The notes beneath the pieces were generated by a model. It had not been told where the DNA came from, did no database searches, and saw nothing but the letters and a program-made list of their open reading frames with translations. 64,000 bases of DNA, taken from sequence record OP557969.1. One strand, 5' to 3'. The translations under genes were made by a program, and so were the position numbers. Below are positions 10,630 to 23,822 of this stretch, one piece after another; positions within the stretch are counted from its first letter, which is position 1; each line of letters opens with the position of its first letter.

Positions 10630-11136
10630 ATGAGTATCGAGTATTGGTTTTTGTTTGTGTGTATTGGAACACTTGCATTAATTACAATTGGATTAATTTT
10701 TAATACAATGATTACTGGAAGTAAGTACTTTAAAACATTCCAGCTTTTAATGTCAGCTATGCCATATAGTGCAGAAGCCGAAAAAACAATTTCTCTAATT
10801 TTAGATAAGTTCGATGCAAATCTGTTAGTTGCGAAAATTTCGGATTGTAATACAAATATGGTATTTTATTCTACCGTCGATGAATCAGGTACAAAATATG
10901 ACAAATGTACATCTCCTATAGTTGCTGAAATTTTTATTGGTTCAAAATATTATGCTTACGGGTATGTAAGAAAATATTATTCTGAAGCAAAAGCTGAGTT
11001 AACGAAGAAACGCCCATCGGTAAAAACATTAAAACGTATCATTGCGTTGGAAAATAAACTTCGTGGCGAAATTAATACAAATGAACCACCATCAGTAATT
11101 AAATCAAAAAATAATATTGTCGTGGAGTTAGAATGA
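10630..11136 (+). CDS. membrane-anchored hypothetical protein
   Basis: N-terminal TM segment; GAGGA RBS. Confidence 0.8.
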   Translation: MSIEYWFLFVCIGTLALITIGLIFNTMITGSKYFKTFQLLMSAMPYSAEAEKTISLILDKFDANLLVAKISDCNTNMVFYSTVDESGTKYDKCTSPIVAEIFIGSKYYAYGYVRKYYSEAKAELTKKRPSVKTLKRIIALENKLRGEINTNEPPSVIKSKNNIVVELE

Positions 11137-11137
11137 G

Positions 11138-11425
11138 ATGCACCCTGAAAAATCAAAACAAATCCTTATTGATGTACAAGCTAAATTATTAGATGTTATG
11201 AAAATCATCGATGAGTTACCACAGGGTTATAAGTACAAAGTTCGTGAGATGTTATCGTGTGCCGAAACTGTTGTTTCTATGTATGATGATGTACAGAACG
11301 GAATTATTCCTGATATTTTAAACGATGATGTTAATAATACCGAAGTGAAAGAGACTATCACAGAAACAGAAAATGTATCTAATAAAAAAGTTCTTGATAT
11401 TAGTGGTATAAAAATTAATATCTAA
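11138..11425 (+). CDS. hypothetical protein
   Basis: Intact ORF, GGAG upstream. Confidence 0.7.
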   Translation: MHPEKSKQILIDVQAKLLDVMKIIDELPQGYKYKVREMLSCAETVVSMYDDVQNGIIPDILNDDVNNTEVKETITETENVSNKKVLDISGIKINI

Positions 11426-11553
11426 AATATTCAATAAGAGAATTAATGAATTATTAAATAGTTAGATATCAAAACACATACATTCGTAGTTACGTCCAAA
11501 AAATCACTTTATGTTACCCAGTCATGTACTGGGTATTTTTTTAAGGAAATAAA

Positions 11554-11946
11554 ATGACTGAATCAGAACTACATGAAATGATAGATTTCATTTATGAAAT
11601 GATACAAGATAAAAATATCATTAATACAATTACTTCTGGTCCAAGACAAATTGGTAATCAAATGACATATTCTTTATCTTTATGGATAAACCAGAACTAC
11701 AAAGTTGATTGTTTGTATTTCCGTCCTGATATTGATGCTTATTATTTTGTCAATCATGATGCATTAATGAAACCACATAAGCGTCCAGTTGATGATAACT
11801 TTGTGACACACCCATTTTACCTTGCTGAATCAGAGGAAGATGAGTTTCAAAAGAACACAACGTTAAGCCCAGGTGAAATTTGCATCCCTTACACACTAAA
11901 AGATAAAATGATTTACATCACAGAAGTTATGAAAACATGCTGGTAA
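11554..11946 (+). CDS. hypothetical protein, EExxFQxS-motif family (divergent)
   Basis: SEEDEFQKNTTL. Confidence 0.75.
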   Translation: MTESELHEMIDFIYEMIQDKNIINTITSGPRQIGNQMTYSLSLWINQNYKVDCLYFRPDIDAYYFVNHDALMKPHKRPVDDNFVTHPFYLAESEEDEFQKNTTLSPGEICIPYTLKDKMIYITEVMKTCW

Positions 11947-11993
11947 GTGCAATGAAACTCAGATATAATACTATGACTTACTAAGGAGAACAT

Positions 11994-12563
11994 ATGAACT
12001 TTATTAAATTCAACACATCTGAGTCAGAAGCATACTTTAATACAAATAATAAATTTAATATTATTCTTAAAGACGGAACGGTTGTTATCGGAGTATCATT
12101 GCTTTCATTTGATGGCGAAAAACTCGAAACTGTTTATAAATTCACCAATCTTGATGGTGATTATTGGGATACATCAGATGTATCTAAAATTTGCACACAT
12201 TATGTATTTGAATCTATTGAAGTTGGTGATGGCTGGGCATTGACCTGCAATGGTAATAAAGTATTTTCTGGTAACATATTTGGGGTAATTTCCAGTAAAG
12301 AAATAGTAGACCATCATCTTCATGTTCTCAATAATAACGCCAACACTTATACACCTGATAATATCAAAATTCACGATATTGTAACATATATTGATTATAA
12401 TGGTTTCAGACATAAAGCAATTGTAACTGAAATTAAAAAACCAAAAAATTATTTCGATCACGGTTTGATTGAAGTATATATGGTAGGTGGCGAAAAACAA
12501 TACTTTGAACATTTCACTTATACTGGTTGGGATAGATTCCTAACCGTTATTGAGGAATACTAA
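11994..12563 (+). CDS. hypothetical protein
   Basis: AAGGAG RBS. Confidence 0.8.
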   Translation: MNFIKFNTSESEAYFNTNNKFNIILKDGTVVIGVSLLSFDGEKLETVYKFTNLDGDYWDTSDVSKICTHYVFESIEVGDGWALTCNGNKVFSGNIFGVISSKEIVDHHLHVLNNNANTYTPDNIKIHDIVTYIDYNGFRHKAIVTEIKKPKNYFDHGLIEVYMVGGEKQYFEHFTYTGWDRFLTVIEEY

Positions 12564-12564
12564 C

Positions 12565-13053
12565 ATGCCGATTCGTGGTGTACCAGACCCAATACGTGAA
12601 ATTCTTAAGCACATTCGCATTGAAACACTAGAAGTTAACATGCGTCGTTATAATATATATTACTTTAAAACTTCCGAAATGAGTTCTGTACAGATTGTCA
12701 TTGGTACATCTATTAAGATTACTCGTGTACTTGATGGCAGTACTGACTTTGTTGAATACAACGTACTTACTAATAAAGTAACACATACATATAAATGGAG
12801 TGGATATAAAACTATTAAATATGAGTTTGACTTAGCTAGAACCGAAGAAGAACGATTCATGTTGAGTACTATAAATCCAGAAAACTATCCTGACATTGAT
12901 ACATTTTTGCTAATTTTAAAATTGTATAATAAAGCAAATGAGAAAGCTAAAGAGTACAATAGAATCATGTATGAACGCAAAAAAGAACGTGTACAAAAAA
13001 GTTATGATCTGTATGATAACCCATACGTGAAATATAGTAAGGGAAAGAAATGA
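12565..13053 (+). CDS. hypothetical protein, EExxFQxS-motif family
   Basis: TEEERFMLSTIN; GAGGA RBS. Confidence 0.8.
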   Translation: MPIRGVPDPIREILKHIRIETLEVNMRRYNIYYFKTSEMSSVQIVIGTSIKITRVLDGSTDFVEYNVLTNKVTHTYKWSGYKTIKYEFDLARTEEERFMLSTINPENYPDIDTFLLILKLYNKANEKAKEYNRIMYERKKERVQKSYDLYDNPYVKYSKGKK

Positions 13054-13454
13054 ATAATGAAGTTCAAATTATCATTACTCCACCTATACAAAGTCTGGAT
13101 GTAACCATTAGCGATTTTTTGGAAAAATACTATGAATGGTTTAATGAAGATTCAGTCATTTATAACCATTCATTAACGGATGGTTTTGTTGAGCTTATTG
13201 AATTAAATTCCAAATCGCTATATTTCTGTGTCGAATACAATGATTATATGACCGATGAAGCATATCGCTTTCGTTGTACATTATATCCTAACCATTTTTC
13301 TATTGGTTATAAAGACTATCAGTACTGTACCACTAACTATAGTGAAGAGGAAGAATTTCAGTACAATTTACTTTATCCAGATTTGGATTATACTATCGCA
13401 GTACTGTTGTCTAAAATCATGGATTTTTATAAAGGTAAATGTAATGCAACCTAA
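13050..13454 (+). CDS. hypothetical protein, EExxFQxS-motif family
   Basis: SEEEEFQYNLLY. Confidence 0.8.
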   Translation: MNNEVQIIITPPIQSLDVTISDFLEKYYEWFNEDSVIYNHSLTDGFVELIELNSKSLYFCVEYNDYMTDEAYRFRCTLYPNHFSIGYKDYQYCTTNYSEEEEFQYNLLYPDLDYTIAVLLSKIMDFYKGKCNAT

Positions 13455-13629
13455 AACATTCGATGAGTGGTATCAAATACATTACAATATAAATGCAGCA
13501 GATATATACTATTTTAAGCTTGAATTGTATATATCATTGCGTGACCCAGTTGAGTACTATAACAACATTATCAATTGTGATGATTTTGGTACATATTTTA
13601 GCATTGCAGTTATGGATAAAATAAGATGA
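13444..13629 (+). CDS. small hypothetical protein (MQPKTFDEW...)
   Basis: Start moved to the ATG at 13444 after AAGGT; loosely resembles the MTHEEW family. Confidence 0.6.
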   Translation: MQPKTFDEWYQIHYNINAADIYYFKLELYISLRDPVEYYNNIINCDDFGTYFSIAVMDKIR

Positions 13630-13808
13630 CACACAAAGAATGGTTAGATGAACTAAAGTTCAAACATGATCATTTTGGTCTTGGTATACGCCAGGGTCAT
13701 TATGATGTGTTAAAAGATAAACAACTTTTCAAATCATTTGTACTTGATGAGGATAGTAATCACTGGTACATCTATGAGCTTGCGGTTAGAGACAAAAAAA
13801 TTGACTAG
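13626..13808 (+). CDS. MTH[EK]EW microprotein
   Basis: Paralog of 14354..14524 (G.R.GHYD.L.DKQ.F...VLDED.N.W.IYELA.R). Confidence 0.85.
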   Translation: MTHKEWLDELKFKHDHFGLGIRQGHYDVLKDKQLFKSFVLDEDSNHWYIYELAVRDKKID

Positions 13809-13853
13809 TACTGATATATATGCTATTGTTTTGTTTTAAACAGGAGAACAATA

Positions 13854-14357
13854 ATGCTCATTACGCATGTACCGGAAAGTATTACTGAGATTTTAAGTAA
13901 AATTAATGTTAATGAATTTGAACGAACAGTTCGAAAACAAGGTACTTATCACTATAAGCACAAAGATGGTGAACATCAAATAAGCTTAGATCAGAATTAT
14001 CAAACTCTAACAATTAAAATGGTTACTCGCTGGAATTTTATTCGTAAAGATACTATTATCTGTGATTTTGGTAAAAGACTACTTAGAAAATGTTTCTCTG
14101 AAACAAATGGTATCTATCCAAACCCGAATAGAATTTTCACATATAAATACATCACAGATGAAGATGTACATTTTCAAGAGAGTTTGGTATGTGATAATAA
14201 GTACTTTCCCGCATTTTCAGATAATTTGAAGTTAAAAGAACTATATAACTATTTCTTAAACGACAATATTCAGTGGGATGAAGAATTAAAACAACGACAG
14301 ATAGAACGTGAAAAGAAAAAAGTCTGGACTGGTTCACATTGGATGCAACGTAAATGA
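13854..14357 (+). CDS. hypothetical protein, EExxFQxS-motif family
   Basis: DEDVHFQESLVCD; GGAG RBS. Confidence 0.85.
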   Translation: MLITHVPESITEILSKINVNEFERTVRKQGTYHYKHKDGEHQISLDQNYQTLTIKMVTRWNFIRKDTIICDFGKRLLRKCFSETNGIYPNPNRIFTYKYITDEDVHFQESLVCDNKYFPAFSDNLKLKELYNYFLNDNIQWDEELKQRQIEREKKKVWTGSHWMQRK

Positions 14358-14524
14358 CACATGAAGAATGGATGTCTATTATGAAAGAACGATATGATCT
14401 GTTTGGGAATGGATTTCGTGATGGTCATTACGATATTTTACGAGACAAACAACAGTTCGATTTATATGTACTAGATGAGGATGGAAATCGATGGTTCATA
14501 TATGAGCTTGCATTTAGGGAATAG
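14354..14524 (+). CDS. MTH[EK]EW microprotein (56 aa, not in ORF track)
   Basis: Translated by hand: MTHEEWMSIMKERYDLFGNGFRDGHYDILRDKQQF...YELAFRE. Confidence 0.85.
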   Translation: MTHEEWMSIMKERYDLFGNGFRDGHYDILRDKQQFDLYVLDEDGNRWFIYELAFRE

Positions 14525-14534
14525 AAGATATATT

Positions 14535-14827
<293 letters not shown>

Positions 14828-14870
14828 TTTTTCATTGACAACCTCAGTATATTTGCTATAATCACTTCAG

Positions 14871-15098
14871 ATGAATAAATCCACGAGGTATCCAAAAATG
14901 ACCAAAGCAGAACTTGTTGCATTATTGGAATCATACCCTGATGATGCATGTATTGAAGTTGTACATACTGCACGACATTTTGACATTGAAGATGTAGTAC
15001 GTTATAATGATAAAGGTGTACCAATAATGGAACTGTGTATTGGTGAAGTGAAAACTGTACCTGAATCGGAAAAACGTAAAAAAATTAATCAGGAGTAA
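14871..15098 (+). CDS. hypothetical protein
   Basis: Downstream of a TTGACA/TATAAT promoter; true start may be 14898. Confidence 0.7.
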   Translation: MNKSTRYPKMTKAELVALLESYPDDACIEVVHTARHFDIEDVVRYNDKGVPIMELCIGEVKTVPESEKRKKINQE

Positions 15099-15102
15099 TA
15101 TT

Positions 15103-15375
15103 ATGCATTTTGAAAAATTCAACACAAGTCGTGACACACGCATTGATGCTCTTTATGAAACCCAAGACTCAATTAGTATTCGTACATGTAGTGGTGATGT
15201 ATATCATGACTGTACTATTGGTTGGGAACAGGGAAGAACACGTAGTGCAGAATTCGATAACTATCGCTTCTACCAAGGGGACACCACAATCTGGCCTGAA
15301 GACGTAGAAGATATTGCAATTGAAGATGAACATAAAGATGAATTTATCAAATTTAATCCCGAAACCGAATCATAA
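15103..15375 (+). CDS. hypothetical protein
   Basis: AGGAG RBS. Confidence 0.75.
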   Translation: MHFEKFNTSRDTRIDALYETQDSISIRTCSGDVYHDCTIGWEQGRTRSAEFDNYRFYQGDTTIWPEDVEDIAIEDEHKDEFIKFNPETES

Positions 15376-15380
15376 ATAAC

Positions 15381-15505
<125 letters not shown>

Positions 15506-15512
15506 CAAAAGA

Positions 15513-15586
15513 CGGGGTATAGCACAATTGGATAGTGCAAGAGAATTCTAATCTCTAGGTTGGGGGTTCAAGTCCCTCTACCTCGG
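15513..15586 (+). tRNA. tRNA-Arg(TCT)
   Basis: CGGGGTA/TACCTCG acceptor, AGAGA-ATTCTAA-TCTCT arm, TTCAAGT T-loop. Confidence 0.88.
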
Positions 15587-15610
15587 CCTACTTTAATTAA
15601 AGGTTAAACC

Positions 15611-15775
15611 ATGACGCATGAAGAATGGATGAATGACATTAATTTTAGATATGCAGGTATCGGTAACTGGAGAAAGTATCATTGGGAAATCATATCAGAC
15701 CCAGCAGAATACGATAAACTTATGAATCATGAAGTGTATCCGTGGTTCTTTATTGAAATAATGGTACGATTATGA
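15611..15775 (+). CDS. MTHEEW microprotein (54 aa, not in ORF track)
   Basis: MTHEEWMNDINFRYAGIGNWRKYHWE...; AAGGT RBS. Confidence 0.85.
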   Translation: MTHEEWMNDINFRYAGIGNWRKYHWEIISDPAEYDKLMNHEVYPWFFIEIMVRL

Positions 15776-15932
15776 CACATGAAGAATGGATGAATGACAT
15801 TAATTTTAGATATTCGGGTATCGGTAAATGGCTAAAGTATCATTGGGAATTCATTTCAGAGCCACATCTGTATGATAAACTTATCAACGATTCTGCATAT
15901 AAAATGTACTTAATTGAACTACTGGTACGAAT

Positions 15933-15936
<4 letters not shown>
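15772..15936 (+). CDS. MTHEEW microprotein (54 aa), tandem duplicate
   Basis: MTHEEWMNDINFRYSGIGKWLKYHWE...; ATGA overlap. Confidence 0.85.
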
Positions 15937-16105
<169 letters not shown>

Positions 16106-16108
16106 AAG

Positions 16109-16553
<445 letters not shown>

Positions 16554-16581
16554 GTATCTTAATAACAGAAGGTATATTGAA

Positions 16582-16821
16582 ATGAGTAAGTATTTTGTGA
16601 GTTATAGTTATAATGTATCACGAAAGATTCCACGTGGTGACGGAATGGGATGGTCTTATGATGCATATACTTTAAATGAGTCATGTATCATCGAATTAAA
16701 AGAAAAAGACCTTGACATTTTAAAAATCAAACAATATATTCTTGATGTTGAATTGGCACATCGTACTGATATCTATCCAGATGTAAATAACATCAGCATC
16801 TTAGTACTAACCAAAGTATAA
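16582..16821 (+). CDS. hypothetical protein
   Basis: Start moved to after promoter 16522 and GAAGGT. Confidence 0.7.
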   Translation: MSKYFVSYSYNVSRKIPRGDGMGWSYDAYTLNESCIIELKEKDLDILKIKQYILDVELAHRTDIYPDVNNISILVLTKV

Positions 16822-16827
16822 GATAAA

Positions 16828-16861
<34 letters not shown>

Positions 16862-17208
16862 GAATTCCACAATCAGACGTATATGGTGTAAGTTACGTCG
16901 ATGCAATCCAGAACAAGATCTCTGGTACTCTAGGAAGTGGTTAATGTTAACCTAGACGGGTTTGATAATTGGACGATAGGCAATTATTACTTGACTAGCA
17001 GGTTTAAACTAGAGGTGACTATCCTTCACCAAACTGGAAAACCGGATGGACTTTTATTTAAAAGGGTAAGGCGTGGAAATATGTTTACAGTAGTTGCTTT
17101 TAGTAGCCTGTACGCCCCACGTCAAGGTAGCCGAAAGGCAAGTTAAAACGGGTGGTTATAAAGCTGAATTAACAGCGGCGTTTAAAAGCGTCACCATCCA
17201 TTTTTTTT
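16862..17208 (+). ncRNA. candidate structured ncRNA (about 345 nt)
   Basis: Starts at promoter 16833-16861, many hairpins including GCC-GAAA-GGC, ends in T8. Confidence 0.55.
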
Positions 17209-17224
17209 AATTAAAGTTGGTGAT

Positions 17225-17863
<639 letters not shown>

Positions 17864-17936
17864 CTTTTTAATTTAAAAGTACTTTACTGTAGTGTTTAGT
17901 ACCGTATAATGTAAACAAAAGGATAAAATAAAACTC

Positions 17937-18461
<525 letters not shown>

Positions 18462-18483
18462 TTAAAAAATCAGTACTTTATTA

Positions 18484-18697
<214 letters not shown>

Positions 18698-18700
18698 TCA

Positions 18701-18868
<168 letters not shown>

Positions 18869-18889
18869 TTCACATGATATAGGGTACAC

Positions 18890-19147
<258 letters not shown>

Positions 19148-19159
19148 ATAAAAAGAACG

Positions 19160-19427
<268 letters not shown>

Positions 19428-19436
19428 TAATTGACG

Positions 19437-19487
<51 letters not shown>

Positions 19488-19504
19488 TACAACCGACAAT
19501 GACT

Positions 19505-19571
<67 letters not shown>

Positions 19572-19746
19572 GAAGAAACTGCTAAACAGCTTGAAGAACT
19601 TTGTAGTGCTGCACCGATGCCGACTCTTGGCTTAATCAAGTTGATGCGTCGAAATAAGAAAAATTTAAAATAATACAGTAAGATGGCCTCCCCTCCATAT
19701 CATGAGAGTATAGAGACTTGTTGGTTATCTTACTTTTAAACAAACT

Positions 19747-19820
19747 GCCTCAATAGCAAAATTGGTAATGCACACGTTTTGTAAGCGTGAGATTTTTCCG
19801 TTCGAGTCGGAATTGGGGCA
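19747..19820 (+). tRNA. tRNA-Thr(TGT)
   Basis: GCCTCAA/TTGGGGC acceptor, CACGT-TTTGTAA-GCGTG arm, TTCGAGT T-loop; CCA not encoded. Confidence 0.9.
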
Positions 19821-19837
19821 CAAAATAAAGGCACACT

Positions 19838-20254
19838 ATGACATACAATATTGTTAAAATGGTGAACTATGTATTAAAAAACAACTCATGGTCACTGCAT
19901 GATGTACAATTAGAAGATATTGGTGAAGTTAGAGTATTTTGCTATGATGAAGAATTGAATGAAACCACTGATTTGAATAAATGTTTTAATATTTTTCTTG
20001 GTTATGAAATCAATGATCATTTTTATTCATTTGATGTGTATTTTGAAAAAGTTAAAATCAGAATTTCTAATGTAAATAGTGATTATTTTGACACTAGAAT
20101 TGAATTGAATTTTGACGATATTGATACTGAAGAAAAATTCTTTCAGTACTGCCTCGTAAACGACCTAAATGGCTTGACATTTGAGGACATTAGTGCTATA
20201 CTTAAAGTTCAAAGATTGATTCCAGAAGAGGTTTCAAATCCGTTTAATGACTAG
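19838..20254 (+). CDS. hypothetical protein, EExxFQxS-motif family
   Basis: TEEKFFQYCLVNDLNGLTFEDI. Confidence 0.85.
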   Translation: MTYNIVKMVNYVLKNNSWSLHDVQLEDIGEVRVFCYDEELNETTDLNKCFNIFLGYEINDHFYSFDVYFEKVKIRISNVNSDYFDTRIELNFDDIDTEEKFFQYCLVNDLNGLTFEDISAILKVQRLIPEEVSNPFND

Positions 20255-20612
20255 TTTAATAACTCGTATAATGCAAGATGTTCATAGGAATCTTTATACT
20301 GGTAATTTTGATGATCCTAACATAAAAATATTATGTTATGATGGGTTCACACTAGTACACCCATTAGAATCTAATAATATATACATAGCATATAATTCAC
20401 CTAATCTTTTGTATCAATTTGATTTATATAGTACATTAGCGAAAGTAATCTTAGATGTTTCTAAGGAGCCATTTTTTATTGCAGTACGTGATTTTGAGTA
20501 CACAGAAGAATCATTATTCCAGTACTCGATGATAAATGATATTGGTGACTTGACATTAGAAGAAATAAATGCAATAGTTGGTGTGTGTCGTTTGATTAAT
20601 ACCCACAATTAG
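20247..20612 (+). CDS. hypothetical protein, EExxFQxS-motif family
   Basis: TEESLFQYSMINDIGDLTLEEI. Confidence 0.85.
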   Translation: MTSLITRIMQDVHRNLYTGNFDDPNIKILCYDGFTLVHPLESNNIYIAYNSPNLLYQFDLYSTLAKVILDVSKEPFFIAVRDFEYTEESLFQYSMINDIGDLTLEEINAIVGVCRLINTHN

Positions 20613-20621
20613 GAGATTCAT

Positions 20622-20813
20622 ATGTTCTGGAATTTATTATGCTTGTTTGGTCGTACATTAGTTCTTGCAATTATTCATACACCTGGCATTCGTAATTATG
20701 TTTCTTATGAATTTAAGAAAAATTATCACAACAATACTGAAGATCGTGCAACTAAGATGTGCAAAGACTTCAATGTAGATGTTCCACCATTCAAGAAGTA
20801 CGAGGATGAATAA
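20622..20813 (+). CDS. small hypothetical protein
   Basis: AGGAG RBS. Confidence 0.7.
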   Translation: MFWNLLCLFGRTLVLAIIHTPGIRNYVSYEFKKNYHNNTEDRATKMCKDFNVDVPPFKKYEDE

Positions 20814-21097
20814 TGGAATTTATTGTTGCACCTGATGAACTAAAAACATTCACGTTCCGAGACAATAACAATTATCCTTATACAAATCATTCATTGAATT
20901 CATTACATGTTATTTCAATCATTGCATCTGAATACAGAGACAATCCATGTATTGATTTTAAAACCACTGATGGTGAATATACATGGGTGATCCCAAAAGA
21001 TAAATATAGTTATCAAGGGGCAGTAGAAATTCGCGACTCGATTCTACAGCAAATTGAAGATGGACATACTCATCCTAAACTAAACATTCAGTACTGA
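20813..21097 (+). CDS. hypothetical protein
   Basis: TAATG coupling. Confidence 0.7.
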   Translation: MEFIVAPDELKTFTFRDNNNYPYTNHSLNSLHVISIIASEYRDNPCIDFKTTDGEYTWVIPKDKYSYQGAVEIRDSILQQIEDGHTHPKLNIQY

Positions 21098-21247
21098 AAT
21101 CGCTTATCAGAATAACTTCTAATAATAATTATTTTTCTCTACTATCTAACAGTATTTTACAAGAATTCTGTATTTTTGAAGTTGATTTTTGAACTTCTTA
21201 TATGTTATACTTACGGCTGATTCAATTATGAATCAGCCTTTTTTCTT

Positions 21248-21679
21248 ATGAGGATTAATATAATGAATAGAGAAGTTATTAGTTTAATGGATGAGTATAT
21301 AAACCAAACGCATCGTTTGATATTTTTAAATGAATTCGAGTCCAGAACAACGTATTATTCTGGAGAATATGAGATAACGACTGGTTCATTTCTGAACGGA
21401 TATATGGAGTTTTTTGAACAAAGCGATAATGTTTTTATTTCCATATCTGAAAAACATGGTGATGGTTGTGTTATTGATGTATGGCCCAATAAAGTAGAGA
21501 TTGATACTTCACACAAAATTGTAATTGATGTAGACGAATCATTATATGATTTAACTGAAGATATGTATATGCAGCTAAATTTTGTATATGACCTAACTAA
21601 TATAAGTTATTGTAATTTAAGTAAATTATTTTATATTTGTGGCGTATTACATAATAATACACAACAAAATAAAGGATAA
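21248..21679 (+). CDS. hypothetical protein, EExxFQxS-motif family (divergent)
   Basis: TEDMYMQLNFVYDL; true start may be 21263. Confidence 0.75.
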   Translation: MRINIMNREVISLMDEYINQTHRLIFLNEFESRTTYYSGEYEITTGSFLNGYMEFFEQSDNVFISISEKHGDGCVIDVWPNKVEIDTSHKIVIDVDESLYDLTEDMYMQLNFVYDLTNISYCNLSKLFYICGVLHNNTQQNKG

Positions 21680-21687
21680 ACATTTAA

Positions 21688-22092
21688 ATGTTGAAAATTC
21701 CACAACAGGCATTATCTATACTAATTGAAAATGGTGTAATATTTTCTGAAGGATGTAGTTCATTCTATACATGTGATGTGGACCAGTACACATTTGAATA
21801 CCGTTCATTTAAAAATACATTGAGTGTTTCATGTGAAGCTTCTGACAACATTGTACTTGTCGTTTCTTTCTATGGTGTACCAAAATTCTTCATTGATATA
21901 TATTATGATTCTTTTAAGATACAAACATACGACCATTTTCTTGGTGAAGTGCTCTTGCAAATGCCAATTGAACATGTTACTATAAATGAAGATATGTTCT
22001 TTCAGCTATCTACTGTATATGATATGTGTGGTTTGACATTTGACAACATTAATGGTATTTTTGAAATTGCCAGAACCCTACGAGGAAGATGA
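21688..22092 (+). CDS. hypothetical protein, EExxFQxS-motif family
   Basis: NEDMFFQLSTVYDMCGLTFDNI. Confidence 0.85.
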   Translation: MLKIPQQALSILIENGVIFSEGCSSFYTCDVDQYTFEYRSFKNTLSVSCEASDNIVLVVSFYGVPKFFIDIYYDSFKIQTYDHFLGEVLLQMPIEHVTINEDMFFQLSTVYDMCGLTFDNINGIFEIARTLRGR

Positions 22093-22093
22093 T

Positions 22094-22501
22094 ATGGTCA
22101 AAATTTTAAGTGACAATACAGTTGATATTGTTATTGATGTACTTGAAAACAGTAATACATTTGAGAAGAAACACAGTACTGTATACTTCGGTAAAGATTG
22201 TTGGCTGAACTATACATCTGATAGTTCATTTATAATTCATGTTGAAAAGGGTGATATTGGATTAACGATACATGCTTCCTATAATAAAACAATCACTGTT
22301 ATTGCCAACAAGCCAAGTACTTCTGATTTCTGGGATATAATTGATGATTGTGATCATTTCATGTCAACATTCTATAAAACAGAAGAAGAACATTTCATGG
22401 ATAGTACTGTTCGAGAATTACAAATTCCATTTAAATTAATGAAAGCGGTAAGGGATTTTATTTCAAAATACAAAAAAACAGGAGTATGTGATGCAATTTA
22501 A
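22094..22501 (+). CDS. hypothetical protein, EExxFQxS-motif family
   Basis: TEEEHFMDSTVRE; start moved to after GAGGA. Confidence 0.85.
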   Translation: MVKILSDNTVDIVIDVLENSNTFEKKHSTVYFGKDCWLNYTSDSSFIIHVEKGDIGLTIHASYNKTITVIANKPSTSDFWDIIDDCDHFMSTFYKTEEEHFMDSTVRELQIPFKLMKAVRDFISKYKKTGVCDAI

Positions 22502-22952
22502 TGGTAATGTTTCTAAAGTTGCTTTAGTATTTGAAAATTGTGAGTGTGTGTATATTGATGTAAAAGATGTTTTATGGATGCATATTGGTGATGAGAAGAC
22601 ACTTTGTAGTCGTTTTTCGAATGGGCTGACAATTAGTACTGGTATTGGTGAGTTTGGTATTGCGTTGCGTAGTAATACCCCAGCGGATTTCATGGACAAC
22701 ACCACACTGTTGGAACGTTTAAAAATGCGTGACGTTACACATGTTTATCTATATGATAATCAAGACGTAGAACGTCATTATGTTGTTGAATGGTCAGATT
22801 ATAACATGAATGGGCAATATTCAGTAAACCAGCGTGTACAAATTACGCCAGGTGGTAATATTGTATTTGTTAGTACAACAGGTAAATTAATCAACGTAGA
22901 TGATAAAAATATCGATCTATTTACATCATACGATAGTTATAATTTGAGGTGA
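22488..22952 (+). CDS. hypothetical protein
   Basis: AGGAG RBS. Confidence 0.75.
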   Translation: MMQFNGNVSKVALVFENCECVYIDVKDVLWMHIGDEKTLCSRFSNGLTISTGIGEFGIALRSNTPADFMDNTTLLERLKMRDVTHVYLYDNQDVERHYVVEWSDYNMNGQYSVNQRVQITPGGNIVFVSTTGKLINVDDKNIDLFTSYDSYNLR

Positions 22953-22956
22953 TATT

Positions 22957-23319
22957 ATGAACTTGTGGATATTTACACTTATTTGTTGTATTACTATTGT
23001 ACTTTGTCGTCTAATTCATGTATACTCATATCATAAAGCGTTACGTATTGAGCAAGAGACTTACTTAAAAAAACAGCCACCGAAGAAGTTACCATCACCG
23101 TATGGGTTGAAACGTGAAATGCACTCCAAAAGCAAAGAGTGGGGATATGCAATCACAAAAAATGGGTATATTTACACAGCGAGTAATGGTTATTTTCAAA
23201 TTCACCACAAATTAGAGGTAGCAGTTAAGATTTTGTGGGAAATGGAGGATATTGGTGGTTATGAGCGTACTAAGTTTGAATACATATCAGATGATCCAGG
23301 AACTTCACGAGAAACATGA
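22957..23319 (+). CDS. membrane-anchored hypothetical protein
   Basis: N-terminal TM segment; GAGGTG RBS. Confidence 0.75.
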   Translation: MNLWIFTLICCITIVLCRLIHVYSYHKALRIEQETYLKKQPPKKLPSPYGLKREMHSKSKEWGYAITKNGYIYTASNGYFQIHHKLEVAVKILWEMEDIGGYERTKFEYISDDPGTSRET

Positions 23320-23466
23320 TATAATTATCGATGTTAAGAAGAAGGAAGTTGTTATGAAAAAACAAGAATATCGCATATTAGATCACTTCCATCTAAAAGC
23401 ATTTATAATGAAGTTCTGTACAGATGAACATCTTACTGGACGAGTAATACGTAAGGAGTTGTAAAA

Positions 23467-23808
23467 ATGAACTTAAGTTCAACAATTCAGTTTTTGAGCA
23501 ATAACTTTGATAGGATCATATCTCGCGGTGGGATGATTGTACATCCTGATACAGACGAAATGTACATCATTGGATTTGATAAAAATTCTTATGATCAAGT
23601 GCTTGTAATTTCAAAGTTAGAAAGTTATAATGAAGTCGTTCAGTTTTGTTGTACCGAATTTGGTATATACATTAAAGATGCTGAAACAAATACGATTTCA
23701 CATTATTTTTATCACACACTGATGGGTACTAAAGACTTCGGATTAAAGTTTGATGATTTAGTACAATGTCATTATATGTTTAAAACCTTCCCTGTTAGTG
23801 GTCACTAA
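23467..23808 (+). CDS. hypothetical protein
   Basis: AAGGAG RBS. Confidence 0.75.
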   Translation: MNLSSTIQFLSNNFDRIISRGGMIVHPDTDEMYIIGFDKNSYDQVLVISKLESYNEVVQFCCTEFGIYIKDAETNTISHYFYHTLMGTKDFGLKFDDLVQCHYMFKTFPVSGH

Positions 23809-23822
23809 GGAGTGTATCAAAT

